The position numbers were made by a program, and so were the translations under genes. DNA of 61,005 bases, filler included, from Nitrospinae bacterium RIFCSPLOWO2_12_FULL_45_22 (GTDB lineage: Bacteria > 2-12-FULL-45-22): assembly GCA_001803565.1 (NCBI GenBank). It is 5 parts of 5 records of this genome, joined end to end, with 100 filler letters (N's around TTAATTAATTAA, not from the genome) between each part and the next. Parts side by side here need not be neighbours in the genome. Positions count along the whole stretch, not along the records: positions 35,377 to 55,274 come from MHDQ01000314.1; positions 55,375 to 61,005 come from MHDQ01000316.1; 3 more parts are not named here. One strand, 5' to 3'. Numbering within the stretch: position 1 is the stretch's first letter; the number at the start of each line of letters is the position of its first letter. Below, in pieces: positions 49,052-58,510 of this stretch. The notes beneath the pieces were generated by a model, which saw nothing but the letters and a program-made list of their open reading frames with translations, did no database searches and was not told the origin of the DNA.

Positions 49052-50533
49052 ATGAAAAAAATCTTATCAGGAGTAATAATTTTTTTAATCGCGGTAAGTG
49101 TTGTATTAGTAAGCTGTAATAGCCAATCAGAATCGGTAAGTGGTAATTTCTGGAAAGAAAAAAAAGGTGATGTTAGTAAAACCAACCCGCAGATTAGCGC
49201 CCCTCAATCCTTTGCTGAATTAGCAAAAGAACTTAATCCTGCCGTAGTGAATATAAATACTACGCAGGTGATAAATCCCCGTGAATTCGGCCCCTCGATG
49301 CCGTTTCCGGGCCCTGGCCCCTGGGGAGAGAGGGACCCTTTCCAAGAGTTCTGGGAAAGGTTCTTTGGGGAGATGCCTCATAGAGAATTTAAGCAGCGCA
49401 GCTTAGGTTCGGGCTTTATCGTTAGTAAGGATGGCTATATCATAACCAACAACCATGTGGTAGAAAAGGCTACAGAAATAAAAGTTACCATTGGAGACGG
49501 GAAGGATTATGATGCTAAGGTAGTAGGAACGGATGCTAAGACCGATCTGGCATTGCTAAAAATCAATCCAAAAGATGACTTGCTCGGAGTAGCCCTGGGC
49601 GATTCAGACAAGCTACAGGTAGGCGATTGGGTTATAGCTATCGGTAACCCTTTTGGGTTGGAACATACGGTTACTGCCGGGATAGTCAGTGCTAAGGGGA
49701 GGGTTATTGGCGCCGGGCCTTATGACAATTTTATCCAGACCGATGCCTCTATTAATCCGGGCAATAGTGGCGGTCCGCTCTTTAATCTGGCTGGTGAGGT
49801 GGTGGGGATCAATACTGCTATAATTGCTTCCGGTCAAGGGATTGGTTTTGCTATCCCGATTAATATGGCTAAAGAGCTATTACCTCAGCTTAAAGAAAAA
49901 GGTAAGGTCACCAGGGGTTGGCTGGGTGTAGCCGTGCAGAAGGTTACCGAAGACCTGGCAAAATCTTTTAATTTAAAGGAGGAAAAAGGGGCATTAGTAG
50001 CTGATGTAGTAGCCGGTGGACCAGCAGAAAAAGCCGGGATAAAGCGTGGTGATGTGATTATTGAGTTCGACGGGAAAGAGATTAAAGAGATGAGCGAGCT
50101 GCCCCGAATGGTAGCTAACATGCCCATAGGAAAAGAGGTAGAGGTAAGGATGCTGAGGAATGGCAGGGAAAAGACCCTTAAAGTAACCATTGGAGAGCTT
50201 AAAGAAGAGCGAGAAGCAGCCGTCAAACCTACCAGCAGGGAGTTTGAAGAGGAACTAGGCCTCACTGTCCAACCTCTTACTTCGGAAATGGCCAGGCGCT
50301 TCGGCCTCAGTGAAACTAAAGGAGTAATGGTGTCTAATGTCTCTCCAGATAGCCCATCTGATGAAGCTGGTATCCGTCGGGGGGATATTATTCAGGAAAT
50401 AAATCGGTGGCCCATAAAAGATATGGACGACTATCAAAAGGCATTACGAGAGGCAAAAGATAAAAAGAGCTTACTGCTTTTAGTAAGACGGGGTGATAAT
50501 ACCATCTATTTAGCGCTAAATATCCCTGGCTAG
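49052..50533 (+). CDS. DegQ/DegP (Do) serine endoprotease with two PDZ domains, possible lipoprotein
   Basis: SLGSGF, TNNHVV, TDLAL, INPGNSGG and two PDZ domains. Likely start is 49052, with lipobox LVSC. Confidence 0.95.
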   Translation: MKKILSGVIIFLIAVSVVLVSCNSQSESVSGNFWKEKKGDVSKTNPQISAPQSFAELAKELNPAVVNINTTQVINPREFGPSMPFPGPGPWGERDPFQEFWERFFGEMPHREFKQRSLGSGFIVSKDGYIITNNHVVEKATEIKVTIGDGKDYDAKVVGTDAKTDLALLKINPKDDLLGVALGDSDKLQVGDWVIAIGNPFGLEHTVTAGIVSAKGRVIGAGPYDNFIQTDASINPGNSGGPLFNLAGEVVGINTAIIASGQGIGFAIPINMAKELLPQLKEKGKVTRGWLGVAVQKVTEDLAKSFNLKEEKGALVADVVAGGPAEKAGIKRGDVIIEFDGKEIKEMSELPRMVANMPIGKEVEVRMLRNGREKTLKVTIGELKEEREAAVKPTSREFEEELGLTVQPLTSEMARRFGLSETKGVMVSNVSPDSPSDEAGIRRGDIIQEINRWPIKDMDDYQKALREAKDKKSLLLLVRRGDNTIYLALNIPG

Positions 50534-50736
50534 CTATACTTTTGCAGAAACGCTTTTTAAGTTCTAACCACAAAGTACACAGAAAACATAGTAATTGATG
50601 CACCACAAAGAGCACAAAGATATGCACCTCGTAAGGAGTGAGGAGTTAGGGGTGAGGCGAAAGGGGATGAGGAGTTATCGCCTTACGCCTTACGGCTTTT
50701 TGTGTCCTTGGTGTGGTAACAAAACTTGATTAAATT

Positions 50737-52629
50737 ATGAATGGCCAGCGTGATAGAGAAAACCTCTCTTTTAAAAAATGGCTCCAGAAACAGCTTCAAG
50801 CTAGAGGGGGTGAAGATGACAAGAAAAAAATTCCTAAGAAGGCAGTCCATTTTTCTGTCTGGTATTTCATCCTGGCCCTCTTAATCCTCCTCTCTATTCA
50901 AAGTTATTTTTCCGCCCAAGAATATCAAGAGCTTAACTATAGTCAATTTAAAGCCTTCCTCAAAAAAAACCAGATCAATGACCTTACCATAGACCCTAAT
51001 TATATCAGAGGGGTTATCAAACAGGAGGAGAAAAGTAAGGGAGCTCATAAAAGATTCATCACGATCAGGGTTACAGACCCGGAACTAACCAAAGAACTTG
51101 AGAAATACGGGATTGTTTACCGGGGAAAAATAGAAAACACCTGGTTCAGGTCTTTACTGGCATGGGTTTTACCCATGTTGATATTCTTTGCTATCTGGGG
51201 ATTTATCTTTAAGAAGATAGGCGCCTCGGGTTATAATGTCATGTCTTTTGGCCGTAATAAGGCCAAAATTTATGCCGAAAATGAGACTAAGGTGACCTTT
51301 GATGATGTAGCGGGTGTTGATGAGGCTACGGAGGAATTGCAGGAGATCATAGAATTCCTCAAGACCCCTAAGAAATTCCAAATACTGGGCGGCAAGATCC
51401 CTAAAGGGGTATTATTGGTGGGCCCACCCGGTACGGGCAAGACTTTGCTGGCTAAGGCAGTGGCCGGAGAAGCAAAAGTGCCTTTCTTCAGCATTAGTGG
51501 GTCAGATTTTGTCGAGATGTTTGTGGGTGTGGGGGCAGCACGGGTCAGGGACCTATTTTCCCAGGCCCAGCAACAGGCCCCTTGCATCGTCTTTATTGAT
51601 GAGCTGGATGCCCTGGGTAAGACTCGGGGCTTCAATCCTTTAGGGGGTCATGATGAGAGAGAACAGACCCTCAATCAGCTCTTAGTCGAGATGGATGGCT
51701 TTGATACCAAGAATGGGGTCATCATCATGGCCGCTACTAACCGGCCTGAGATATTGGACCCAGCCTTGCTCCGGCCCGGCCGGTTTGACCGGCAGATACT
51801 GGTAGATAGGCCCGATATTAAAGGCCGGGAGGAGATATTACAGGTCCATACTCGAAAGGTAAAGCTAGCGCCGGGTATAGATTTGAAGATTCTGGCTGGC
51901 CGTACACCGGGCTTTGTTGGCTCTGACCTTGCCAACATTGTTAATGAAGCGGCCTTGCTGGCAGCAAGGAGGAATAAAAATCAGGTAGAGATGGAGGATT
52001 TTGAAGAGGCTATTGACCGGGCACTTACGGGTTTAGAAAAGAAAAGCCGGGTAATGAACGAAAATGAGAAACGGATTATAGCGTTTCACGAATCAGGCCA
52101 TGCCCTGGTAGCAGAATCGGTCCCCCATACTGATCCCGTCCATAAAATCTCTATTATCCCGCGCGGTATTGCCGCCCTTGGTTATACCTTACAACTGCCT
52201 ACAGAAGACCGCTATCTGATGACCAGGGCAGAGCTACTAGATCGGTTGGCAGTATTGCTGGGGGGTAGGGTAGCAGAGGAGTTGATGTTTGAAGAGGTAT
52301 CTACCGGCGCCCATAACGATCTGCAGCGCGCTACTGATATTGCCCGGAAGATGGTCAAAGATTACGGTATGAGTGAGAAACTCGGGCTGGTTACCTTCAA
52401 TGGAGAGAGGAGCTCTTTCTTGTTCCCGGCTTCTTTCCCGAGCACTAAGGAATATAGCGAAGTTACTGCTAAAGAGATTGATGATGAAGTTAAATCCTTT
52501 ATTGATGCTACCTATCAGCGAGTAAAAGAAATCCTTACTCTGAAAAAAGATAAACTCCAACGGCTAGCTGAAACTCTCTTAGAAAAAGAGACCCTGGAAG
52601 GAGAGGAATTGCGAAAAATTATAGGATAA
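50737..52629 (+). CDS. ftsH: ATP-dependent zinc metalloprotease FtsH
   Basis: Two TM helices, [34 protein letters not shown] and HESGH. Confidence 0.97.
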   Translation: MNGQRDRENLSFKKWLQKQLQARGGEDDKKKIPKKAVHFSVWYFILALLILLSIQSYFSAQEYQELNYSQFKAFLKKNQINDLTIDPNYIRGVIKQEEKSKGAHKRFITIRVTDPELTKELEKYGIVYRGKIENTWFRSLLAWVLPMLIFFAIWGFIFKKIGASGYNVMSFGRNKAKIYAENETKVTFDDVAGVDEATEELQEIIEFLKTPKKFQILGGKIPKGVLLVGPPGTGKTLLAKAVAGEAKVPFFSISGSDFVEMFVGVGAARVRDLFSQAQQQAPCIVFIDELDALGKTRGFNPLGGHDEREQTLNQLLVEMDGFDTKNGVIIMAATNRPEILDPALLRPGRFDRQILVDRPDIKGREEILQVHTRKVKLAPGIDLKILAGRTPGFVGSDLANIVNEAALLAARRNKNQVEMEDFEEAIDRALTGLEKKSRVMNENEKRIIAFHESGHALVAESVPHTDPVHKISIIPRGIAALGYTLQLPTEDRYLMTRAELLDRLAVLLGGRVAEELMFEEVSTGAHNDLQRATDIARKMVKDYGMSEKLGLVTFNGERSSFLFPASFPSTKEYSEVTAKEIDDEVKSFIDATYQRVKEILTLKKDKLQRLAETLLEKETLEGEELRKIIG

Positions 52630-53650
52630 AGGAAAAAGGTGGTCTGATAATGCCTTTTTCGGTGATAATGGCCTGGATATACTGGTGTGGGGTGATGTCA
52701 AAGGCCGGGTTTGTTACCTCAGTTTTTTCCGGCGCAATTCTCCTATCCATGATATAAGTGATCTCTTGCGGAGCCCTCTCCTCTATCGGGATCTGGTGGC
52801 CTGAAGGGATAGTCGAGTCAATAGTAGATGTGGGTGCGGCAACATAAAAGGGTATCTTATGTTCTTTAGCCAATACTGCCAGGGTATAAGTCCCGATCTT
52901 ATTAGCTACATCCCCATTAGCCGCTATCCGGTCCGCCCCTACCATCACCATACTGACCTCTCCCTTTTGCATTAAATGACCGGCCATATTATCGGTGATA
53001 AGCCGATGGGGTATATTGCATTGTCTAAGTTCCCAGGTGGTCAGTCGTGCCCCCTGGAGAAAGGGCCGGGTTTCACTTACCCATACCATTATCCTTTTCC
53101 CTTCCCATAAAGCCGTTTTGATGATCCCTAGAGCTGTCCCTATACCACCAGTAGCTAAGGAGCCGGTATTACAATAGGTGAGGATCTGGTCCCCTTCTTT
53201 GATCAACTCTTTTCCCCAACGGCCGATGGCTTCATTAGCAGATTTCTCTTCTTCCATGATCTTTAATGCCTCTTGCACCAATAGCTGCTTAAGACTATGG
53301 AGTTCTAAACCTTTGTTCTGGAGAACAACCTCCTTTAGTCGCTCTAAGGCCCAGAACAGGTTCACGGCGGTAGGTCTGGTATTGGCCAGTAGTTCGATGA
53401 CCGGGTTCAACTGACTAAAAAAATCATTAAAATTGCTGGCTGGAATGGTATTAGCGCCCAGGCATACCCCTAAGGCCGCTGTAATGCCGATAGCCGGGGC
53501 ACCCCGTACCACCATATCTCTTATGGCCTGAGCCACCTGATAATGATCCCGGCATTCTATATATACCTCTTCTAGCGGGAGCTTCCGCTGATCCAGCAGC
53601 CTGACTAATCCTTCTTCATAAATTATCGGTGTAATCATTTCTCTAGCCAA
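52619..53650 (-). CDS. mtnA: S-methyl-5-thioribose-1-phosphate isomerase
   Basis: LDQR.LP, VRGAPAIG, RPTAVNL, CNTG.LAT, ETRP.LQGARLT and ANKIGT motifs. Confidence 0.96.
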   Translation of the reverse strand: MAREMITPIIYEEGLVRLLDQRKLPLEEVYIECRDHYQVAQAIRDMVVRGAPAIGITAALGVCLGANTIPASNFNDFFSQLNPVIELLANTRPTAVNLFWALERLKEVVLQNKGLELHSLKQLLVQEALKIMEEEKSANEAIGRWGKELIKEGDQILTYCNTGSLATGGIGTALGIIKTALWEGKRIMVWVSETRPFLQGARLTTWELRQCNIPHRLITDNMAGHLMQKGEVSMVMVGADRIAANGDVANKIGTYTLAVLAKEHKIPFYVAAPTSTIDSTIPSGHQIPIEERAPQEITYIMDRRIAPEKTEVTNPAFDITPHQYIQAIITEKGIIRPPFSFIL

Positions 53651-53840
53651 AAACCCCTTCCCGCTATTCCATAGTAGAAACCTAAAGCCTCACCCTATGC
53701 GTACTTATTTTTAGCGTTTGTGATAGATTGTATAGTTATATTCTTTCATCCCTTATTACCTCCCAAAAAGTTTCTCTCGCTCTAATTATATAATCCCACA
53801 TTACGCAACGATTTAGGAAGGAGCGTTCGTATTGCCATTC

Positions 53841-53942
53841 CTATACAATCAAGATATGGTCGATTTTCTCTTCATAGACAACTCTTAGAACATGATCTTT
53901 ATCGAATCGCTTCTGAACGATTAGTCTCTCCTTATGACCCAT
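53841..53942 (-). pseudogene. Fragment resembling the C-terminal half of a DUF4258-like toxin
   Basis: Translation (M)GHKERLIVQKRFDKDHVLRVVYEEKIDHILIV* begins exactly at a GTTATG site. Confidence 0.45.
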
Positions 53943-54015
53943 AACTTATGTAGAGTTCCACATAACATAGACCAATTAAGCCAAAATGGCCTCTTATTTG
54001 CTCTGCCAGCCGTTG

Positions 54016-54189
54016 TTATCCAACCCTTGATTTTTTCTGAGGAGCGGGTGATTCCTTAAGAATTCTAATAGCATATTTCTGCTCCATATTTTTATAATGT
54101 GCCAAAAGGGCTTTGGTATCATGCCCAAATTGAGCGGAAATTTGATGACGTACCAATCTTATCGCTTCAATTGCTGGATCCTTCTTCAT
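54016..54189 (-). CDS. 57-aa putative antitoxin downstream of the PIN gene (not in the ORF track)
   Basis: SD gggagg; MKKDPAIEAIRLVRHQISAQFGHDTKALLAHYKNMEQKYAIRILKESPAPQKKSRVG*; overlaps the PIN gene 3' end. Confidence 0.75.
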   Translation of the reverse strand: MKKDPAIEAIRLVRHQISAQFGHDTKALLAHYKNMEQKYAIRILKESPAPQKKSRVG

Positions 54190-54670
54190 TATGTTTTTCC
54201 TCCCAGGAAATAAGTTCGACTGGTGTTGTTAAAATAGGTACAAATAGCCCGAGAATCGTATTGACATGCCTAATATGCTCAAATTTATTGGCATTTGCAA
54301 GGTGAACACAATTCCAGGTCAATAGGAAATGACAACGGTGATATGAGGCAAGGGCCAAATGTAAGGCATCGCCCTTGGGATCTATAGGCATTACACGTCG
54401 TGTAATATATGTATCAACAATTTCCTCAATGGGATCGTGAATTGGTAGTATCGGCAATTCAGCTATGAGACCCAGAGCATCTTCTTTTGCTGGATGACTT
54501 CCGCGCTCTAGCTCTTCAATAACTGGAAGGCTTGTCACCAGTTCGTAATGCATCCGTTGGTAATCCCACCAATCGCGAGTCCACTGATGTCGAGCCACCA
54601 TTTCTGGTTCCCTACGAGTTTCATAATAGAAACTCGGGATGGTTGTTTCTATATAAACGCGTCTAATCAT
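54167..54670 (-). CDS. PIN-domain (VapC-like) ribonuclease toxin
   Basis: VYIETTIPS, S..V.EE, DALHLA.A and LLTWN..HLAN motifs. Confidence 0.9.
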   Translation of the reverse strand: MIRRVYIETTIPSFYYETRREPEMVARHQWTRDWWDYQRMHYELVTSLPVIEELERGSHPAKEDALGLIAELPILPIHDPIEEIVDTYITRRVMPIDPKGDALHLALASYHRCHFLLTWNCVHLANANKFEHIRHVNTILGLFVPILTTPVELISWEEKHNEEGSSN

Positions 54671-54735
54671 ATCCTCCTAAGATCCAGCTAATATCTATGC
54701 AGTTCCAATTCCTTCCCTTGGTAGGGAATCAATTT

Positions 54736-54918
54736 TTATTGAATGTTTTTTACCGAAATAGGGGTAGCATAAGGAACTCTAGCCCCATCTATCTGGACGA
54801 TGTTAACATCTTGGATATCAGAGGCTTGGAGCCTTTCAGACGTAACTATGGGTTTTAACAATAAACCCCATAGGGCAACAGCAATTAGAGTCAAAATAAT
54901 CTTGGAATAGGTGTCCAT
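54736..54918 (-). CDS. Small membrane-anchored hypothetical protein
   Basis: 60 aa, SD gaggaagg, N-terminal TM (D.Y.K..LT.IAVAL). Confidence 0.65.
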   Translation of the reverse strand: MDTYSKIILTLIAVALWGLLLKPIVTSERLQASDIQDVNIVQIDGARVPYATPISVKNIQ

Positions 54919-55235
54919 CTTCCCTTCCTCCTCTAGATTTAAGCTTCGGTGTCAGGGCATCTATTATAATCTCTAGGATATTGCAGGATTCCAGATATTT
55001 TTAATGTCTCCTTAAATAAGCTTAAGGATTAGCCGATACCTCAGGCAAACCATTTAGGAAGTTTAGCCCATGTCTGGTCCATTTCGTAAAAAATTTAGCT
55101 GCATTCAGGAAAAAATTGGCCATTACTTCAGGAAGCATATAATTTACCATCTTATGTCCGCCTCAATATGCCTATAATCTCAAAATAATAACTAAGGTAA
55201 CTTTCAAAGGTGGTATGGAATTATTACCATATTTT

Positions 55236-55274
55236 TTAAGGGTTATCCTCCACTATTTTTATTTCATCGTCATT
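55236..55274 (-). CDS. Last codons of a gene cut by the contig end, possibly a type IIG restriction-modification enzyme
   Basis: ...NDDEIKIVEDNP* resembles the LT.EEI.IVE tail of Eco57I/TaqI_C-like enzymes, but only 12 residues are visible. Confidence 0.35.
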   Translation of the reverse strand, partial: NDDEIKIVEDNP

Positions 55275-55374
55275 NNNNNNNNNNNNNNNNNNNNNNNNNN
55301 NNNNNNNNNNNNNNNNNNTTAATTAATTAANNNNNNNNNNNNNNNNNNNNNNNNNNNNNNNNNNNNNNNNNNNN
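55275..55374. other. Artificial contig spacer
   Basis: N44-TTAATTAATTAA-N44. Confidence 0.98.
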
Positions 55375-55527
55375 AGGCATAGGCCATAGATACAGGAGGG
55401 CAAATAGCAATGGCCCAATAAAGAATCCGAGGGTCTTTCGCCACCAATCAAACTTTTCTTCTGCCGGAGAGATAACCAGACTGAGCTTTATAGTCTCCTT
55501 AGTGGTCTTTAGTTCAAGATCATCCAA
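55375..55527 (-). CDS. N-terminus of a probable DASS/SLC13 anion symporter (partial)
   Basis: ISPAEEKFD.WRKT.G.F.GPL...L...P pattern leading into the first TM helix. Confidence 0.55.
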
Positions 55528-55546
55528 GACTTATTTAGCCCTTTCT

Positions 55547-56284
55547 TTAATCGGCTTGGCGAAAGATCTCCAGATTCAAATTCAGCTTTTCTTTGGTATC
55601 CTGCTCCTCCATCTGTACCTCCAAAGATTTTATATCCTGAGGTTGAATAGGGAAAAATAATACTCCCCTCACCTTGGTATCCTCTGGGATGCTGCCAGGC
55701 ACTACTATTAAGCTACCCAGGTCTTCCCTGATCCTTTCTGTGGCCTTCTCCTTGGCTTCTTCAATACCTTCAACCGTTTTATAGCCCCCCAATGTCCATC
55801 CCCCTACAGCGGCCCCGGTAGCGGGATTACCCCCCACTATTGCGGCGGTAACAGCCCCAATAATAGCACCAGCCGCGCCATACAAAGCGCCTTTTTTTGC
55901 GCCATAATTAACCATCTCTTTATATTTATTGGCTTTATAAATACGGCGGGCCAGCTCGCTTATGGGCAGAGGCCGGTAGAGGTATTTATCCTTATCCCGG
56001 ATAAAGATATCATCCAGGTTTAGCCGGAGGGCTGCGCTACTATTATTCTCTATCCCTAGATTTATGGCCTGGATACCTAGCTCATTCAAATTGATCCCAA
56101 AATATTTTTGGGATTCATCAGGAGATATGAGGTCCGCACTGACCATATATTTTCCGCTATCTATCTTCTGGAATGAGCCCGTGGGTTTAGGTACCGATTT
56201 TTTCAGGCCAAAAGTCTGGCAGGAAAGGATGAGGGTCAGGGTTAATAAAATAGAAAAAAGGGGGATTGGTCTTGTTAGTTGCAT
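55547..56284 (-). CDS. Lipoprotein with glycine-zipper segment, unknown function
   Basis: Lipobox ILSC; GALYGAAGAIIGA...GAAVGG zipper. Confidence 0.8.
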   Translation of the reverse strand: MQLTRPIPLFSILLTLTLILSCQTFGLKKSVPKPTGSFQKIDSGKYMVSADLISPDESQKYFGINLNELGIQAINLGIENNSSAALRLNLDDIFIRDKDKYLYRPLPISELARRIYKANKYKEMVNYGAKKGALYGAAGAIIGAVTAAIVGGNPATGAAVGGWTLGGYKTVEGIEEAKEKATERIREDLGSLIVVPGSIPEDTKVRGVLFFPIQPQDIKSLEVQMEEQDTKEKLNLNLEIFRQAD

Positions 56285-56360
56285 GGCTATACCTCCTTAT
56301 TGTCCTTTAGAGATAGGGATCAGCGGTCGGGGATCAGGGATCAGAAAAAAGGCTAATTTC

Positions 56361-57086
56361 CTAATACCTGTCCCCCTGACCCCTGCCCCCTGCCCCCTGT
56401 TCCCGGTAAATTAATGGGTCTACTAAGCCAGCCTCTTGAAACCCCTTCAAGCGCCAGTAGCAGCTATCACACCGGCCGCAGGGCCTCCCTTTATCGTCTG
56501 GATCGTAACAACTATGGGTCAGGCTGAAATCTATCCCCAACTCCAGCCCTTTCTTAATGATCTGGGCCTTAGTAAGGTTTATCAGGGGGGTATGAACCTT
56601 TATCTTCCAACGGCCCTCGATCCCGGCCTTAGTAGCCAGACAGGCCAACTGTTCAAAGGCCGCAATGTATTCCGGGCGACAGTCAGGATAACCCGAATAA
56701 TCGAGATAATTAGCCCCTAAGAAGATAGCCTCAGCCCCTAAAACCTCTGCCCAGGCCAGGGCCAGGGCCAAAAAGATGGTGTTTCTGGCCGGGACATAGG
56801 TTATAGGTATACCGGTTGTGATGTCCGGTTCTTGCCTCTCCTTAGGTACGGTTAACTTCTGGTCGGTAAGGGCAGAACCGCCAAAGACTGATAGGTCAAC
56901 ATTGATTATCAGATGCTGCTCCACCCGGAAGAAGTTTGCTATGCGGCGGGCGGCATTTAGTTCGTAAGCATGCCTCTGCCCGTAATTAATGCTTAAAGAA
57001 TAGATAGCATAACCCTCCTGTCTAGCTATAGCCAGGCAGGTAGTGGAATCTATCCCCCCACTAGATAATACTACCGCCCTCTTCAT
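56361..57086 (-). CDS. queC: 7-cyano-7-deazaguanine synthase
   Basis: [27 protein letters not shown] and SCY...CGRCDSC motifs. Confidence 0.96.
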   Translation of the reverse strand: MKRAVVLSSGGIDSTTCLAIARQEGYAIYSLSINYGQRHAYELNAARRIANFFRVEQHLIINVDLSVFGGSALTDQKLTVPKERQEPDITTGIPITYVPARNTIFLALALAWAEVLGAEAIFLGANYLDYSGYPDCRPEYIAAFEQLACLATKAGIEGRWKIKVHTPLINLTKAQIIKKGLELGIDFSLTHSCYDPDDKGRPCGRCDSCYWRLKGFQEAGLVDPLIYREQGAGGRGQGDRY

Positions 57087-57172
57087 TCCAGACCCCTATA
57101 TTTACCACAGATGCACGTGGATTAACACAGATTTTTGTCAAAAAATTAAACACAAATGGACGAATTACACGA

Positions 57173-57295
57173 GTAACAGTTCAGGTTCTTTGTCATTTCT
57201 AGCGCAGCGAGAAATCTTTCCCAGACCGGAGGTAAATAAAGATTCCTCCCTTCGGTCGGAATGACATTCATTTTCGATAGGGGCTGAACTGTTAC
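57173..57295. mobile_element. GTAAC-ended MITE (IS66-like ends), copy B
   Basis: Perfect 12-bp TIRs gtaacagttcag and ctgaactgttac, with 8-bp direct repeat ttacacga; inverted copy of 21410-21531. Confidence 0.9.
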
Positions 57296-57598
57296 TTACA
57301 CGAATACTTTAGTTGACTATCCGCTTGCATCTTACCTTCTCTATCATTCGTGTCATTAGTCCATTCGGGTAATTCGGGTTCCACTCTTCATCTACTATGT
57401 TCCGGGAAGAGCAAGATTATTTTTTGCCTCATCGGAAGGGTGCGGGTACAAGTTTTGTAGATTCTATTATAACCCAAGTTCTCACTGGGAGGTGATAATT
57501 TTTTGCTCCTCGTTTTTTCCCGCCCGCTTGAATGGTAAGACCGTTTGTTGTATCATCCCCTTTGGCCTCGCTGATTTTTGTGTTTTCACCTGGTTCAA

Positions 57599-58510
57599 AT
57601 GACCAATACGTATATATTACCAGAATGGAACCGGCTCCTCGGGGAGATAAAGGATAATAGAGGAATAGTATTCCTATTAGGGGCGACCCATTCTGGCAAG
57701 AGTACCCTGACGAAGTTTTTAGCTGAGACCCTGAGTAGAGAGGGAGAAAAAGTCGCTTTATTGGATGGCGATATTGGCCAGTCCATCTTTGGCCCGCCTA
57801 CTACCTTAAGCCTTGCCTTTCTACCCAATCCCACGGAGAGCCTTGGAGCGATCCAGCCCCATTTTCGTTATTTCATAGGCTCCAATACTCCCTCAGGCCA
57901 TTTCCTGCCTATGATAGTAGGCCTGAAAAAGTTGGTGGATAAGGCCTTTCAGTTTGGTTACCATATAACTATTATAGATACTACCGGTTTTGTTAGCGGC
58001 GGAGCGGCTGTAGAATTAAAACGTCGCAAGCTAGAGCTTCTGCAGCCCAGACACATAGTGGCCTTGCAACTGAATAGAGAAGTAGAAGATATTTTGCATG
58101 GTTTACCCCCTGGCCCTGCTCATACTATCCATCGCCTCCCAGTATCTCCCAAAGCCCGGATAAAGAGCCCGGAAGAACGTCAGGCTTATCGGCAGAAAAA
58201 ATATGCCGAATACTTTCACGACCTCAAGGAATATGAATTTGAGTTGAAAAAAGTTAGATTATGGGGCAGGCATTATTTGCCAGAAAGCAATCTGGCAAAC
58301 CAAGTTGCAGTCCCGGGCTTACTTATTGGTTTAAACGATGCTGAGAATTTCTCCTTAGCCATCGGCATCTTGCAAGAGCTAAATATGAAAGAAGGGAAGA
58401 TAAGGCTACTGGCCCCTCCTACCAACCAGAAGGAGGTACAGATATTACAATTCGGGGTTATTCGTATCACCCCTCTGGGCAAGGATCAGCCAGTAGCCTT
58501 CGGGCAGTAG
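57599..58510 (+). CDS. Clp1/Grc3/Nol9-family polynucleotide 5'-hydroxyl kinase
   Basis: Walker A GATHSGKST, D.DIGQ...GPP, IDTTG and lid RQAYR. Likely start is the ATG at 57599. Confidence 0.88.
   Translation: MTNTYILPEWNRLLGEIKDNRGIVFLLGATHSGKSTLTKFLAETLSREGEKVALLDGDIGQSIFGPPTTLSLAFLPNPTESLGAIQPHFRYFIGSNTPSGHFLPMIVGLKKLVDKAFQFGYHITIIDTTGFVSGGAAVELKRRKLELLQPRHIVALQLNREVEDILHGLPPGPAHTIHRLPVSPKARIKSPEERQAYRQKKYAEYFHDLKEYEFELKKVRLWGRHYLPESNLANQVAVPGLLIGLNDAENFSLAIGILQELNMKEGKIRLLAPPTNQKEVQILQFGVIRITPLGKDQPVAFGQ

Noticed and set aside
53718-53750. HicB-like start MKEYNYTIYHKR* with good SD on the minus strand
   Set aside because: Only 12 codons, too short to support a call; possibly more TA debris.
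12519-55374. Recurring TTAATTAATTAA palindrome within N runs, and ORFs running into them (12563, 23975)
   Set aside because: These are artificial contig spacers. The ORFs are artefacts, and gene adjacency across spacers is not evidence of linkage.
56361-57086. queC as part of a Dpd/Qat defence system or as LarE
   Set aside because: It has canonical QueC motifs and length, and no dpdA, qat or other defence genes lie nearby on this contig.
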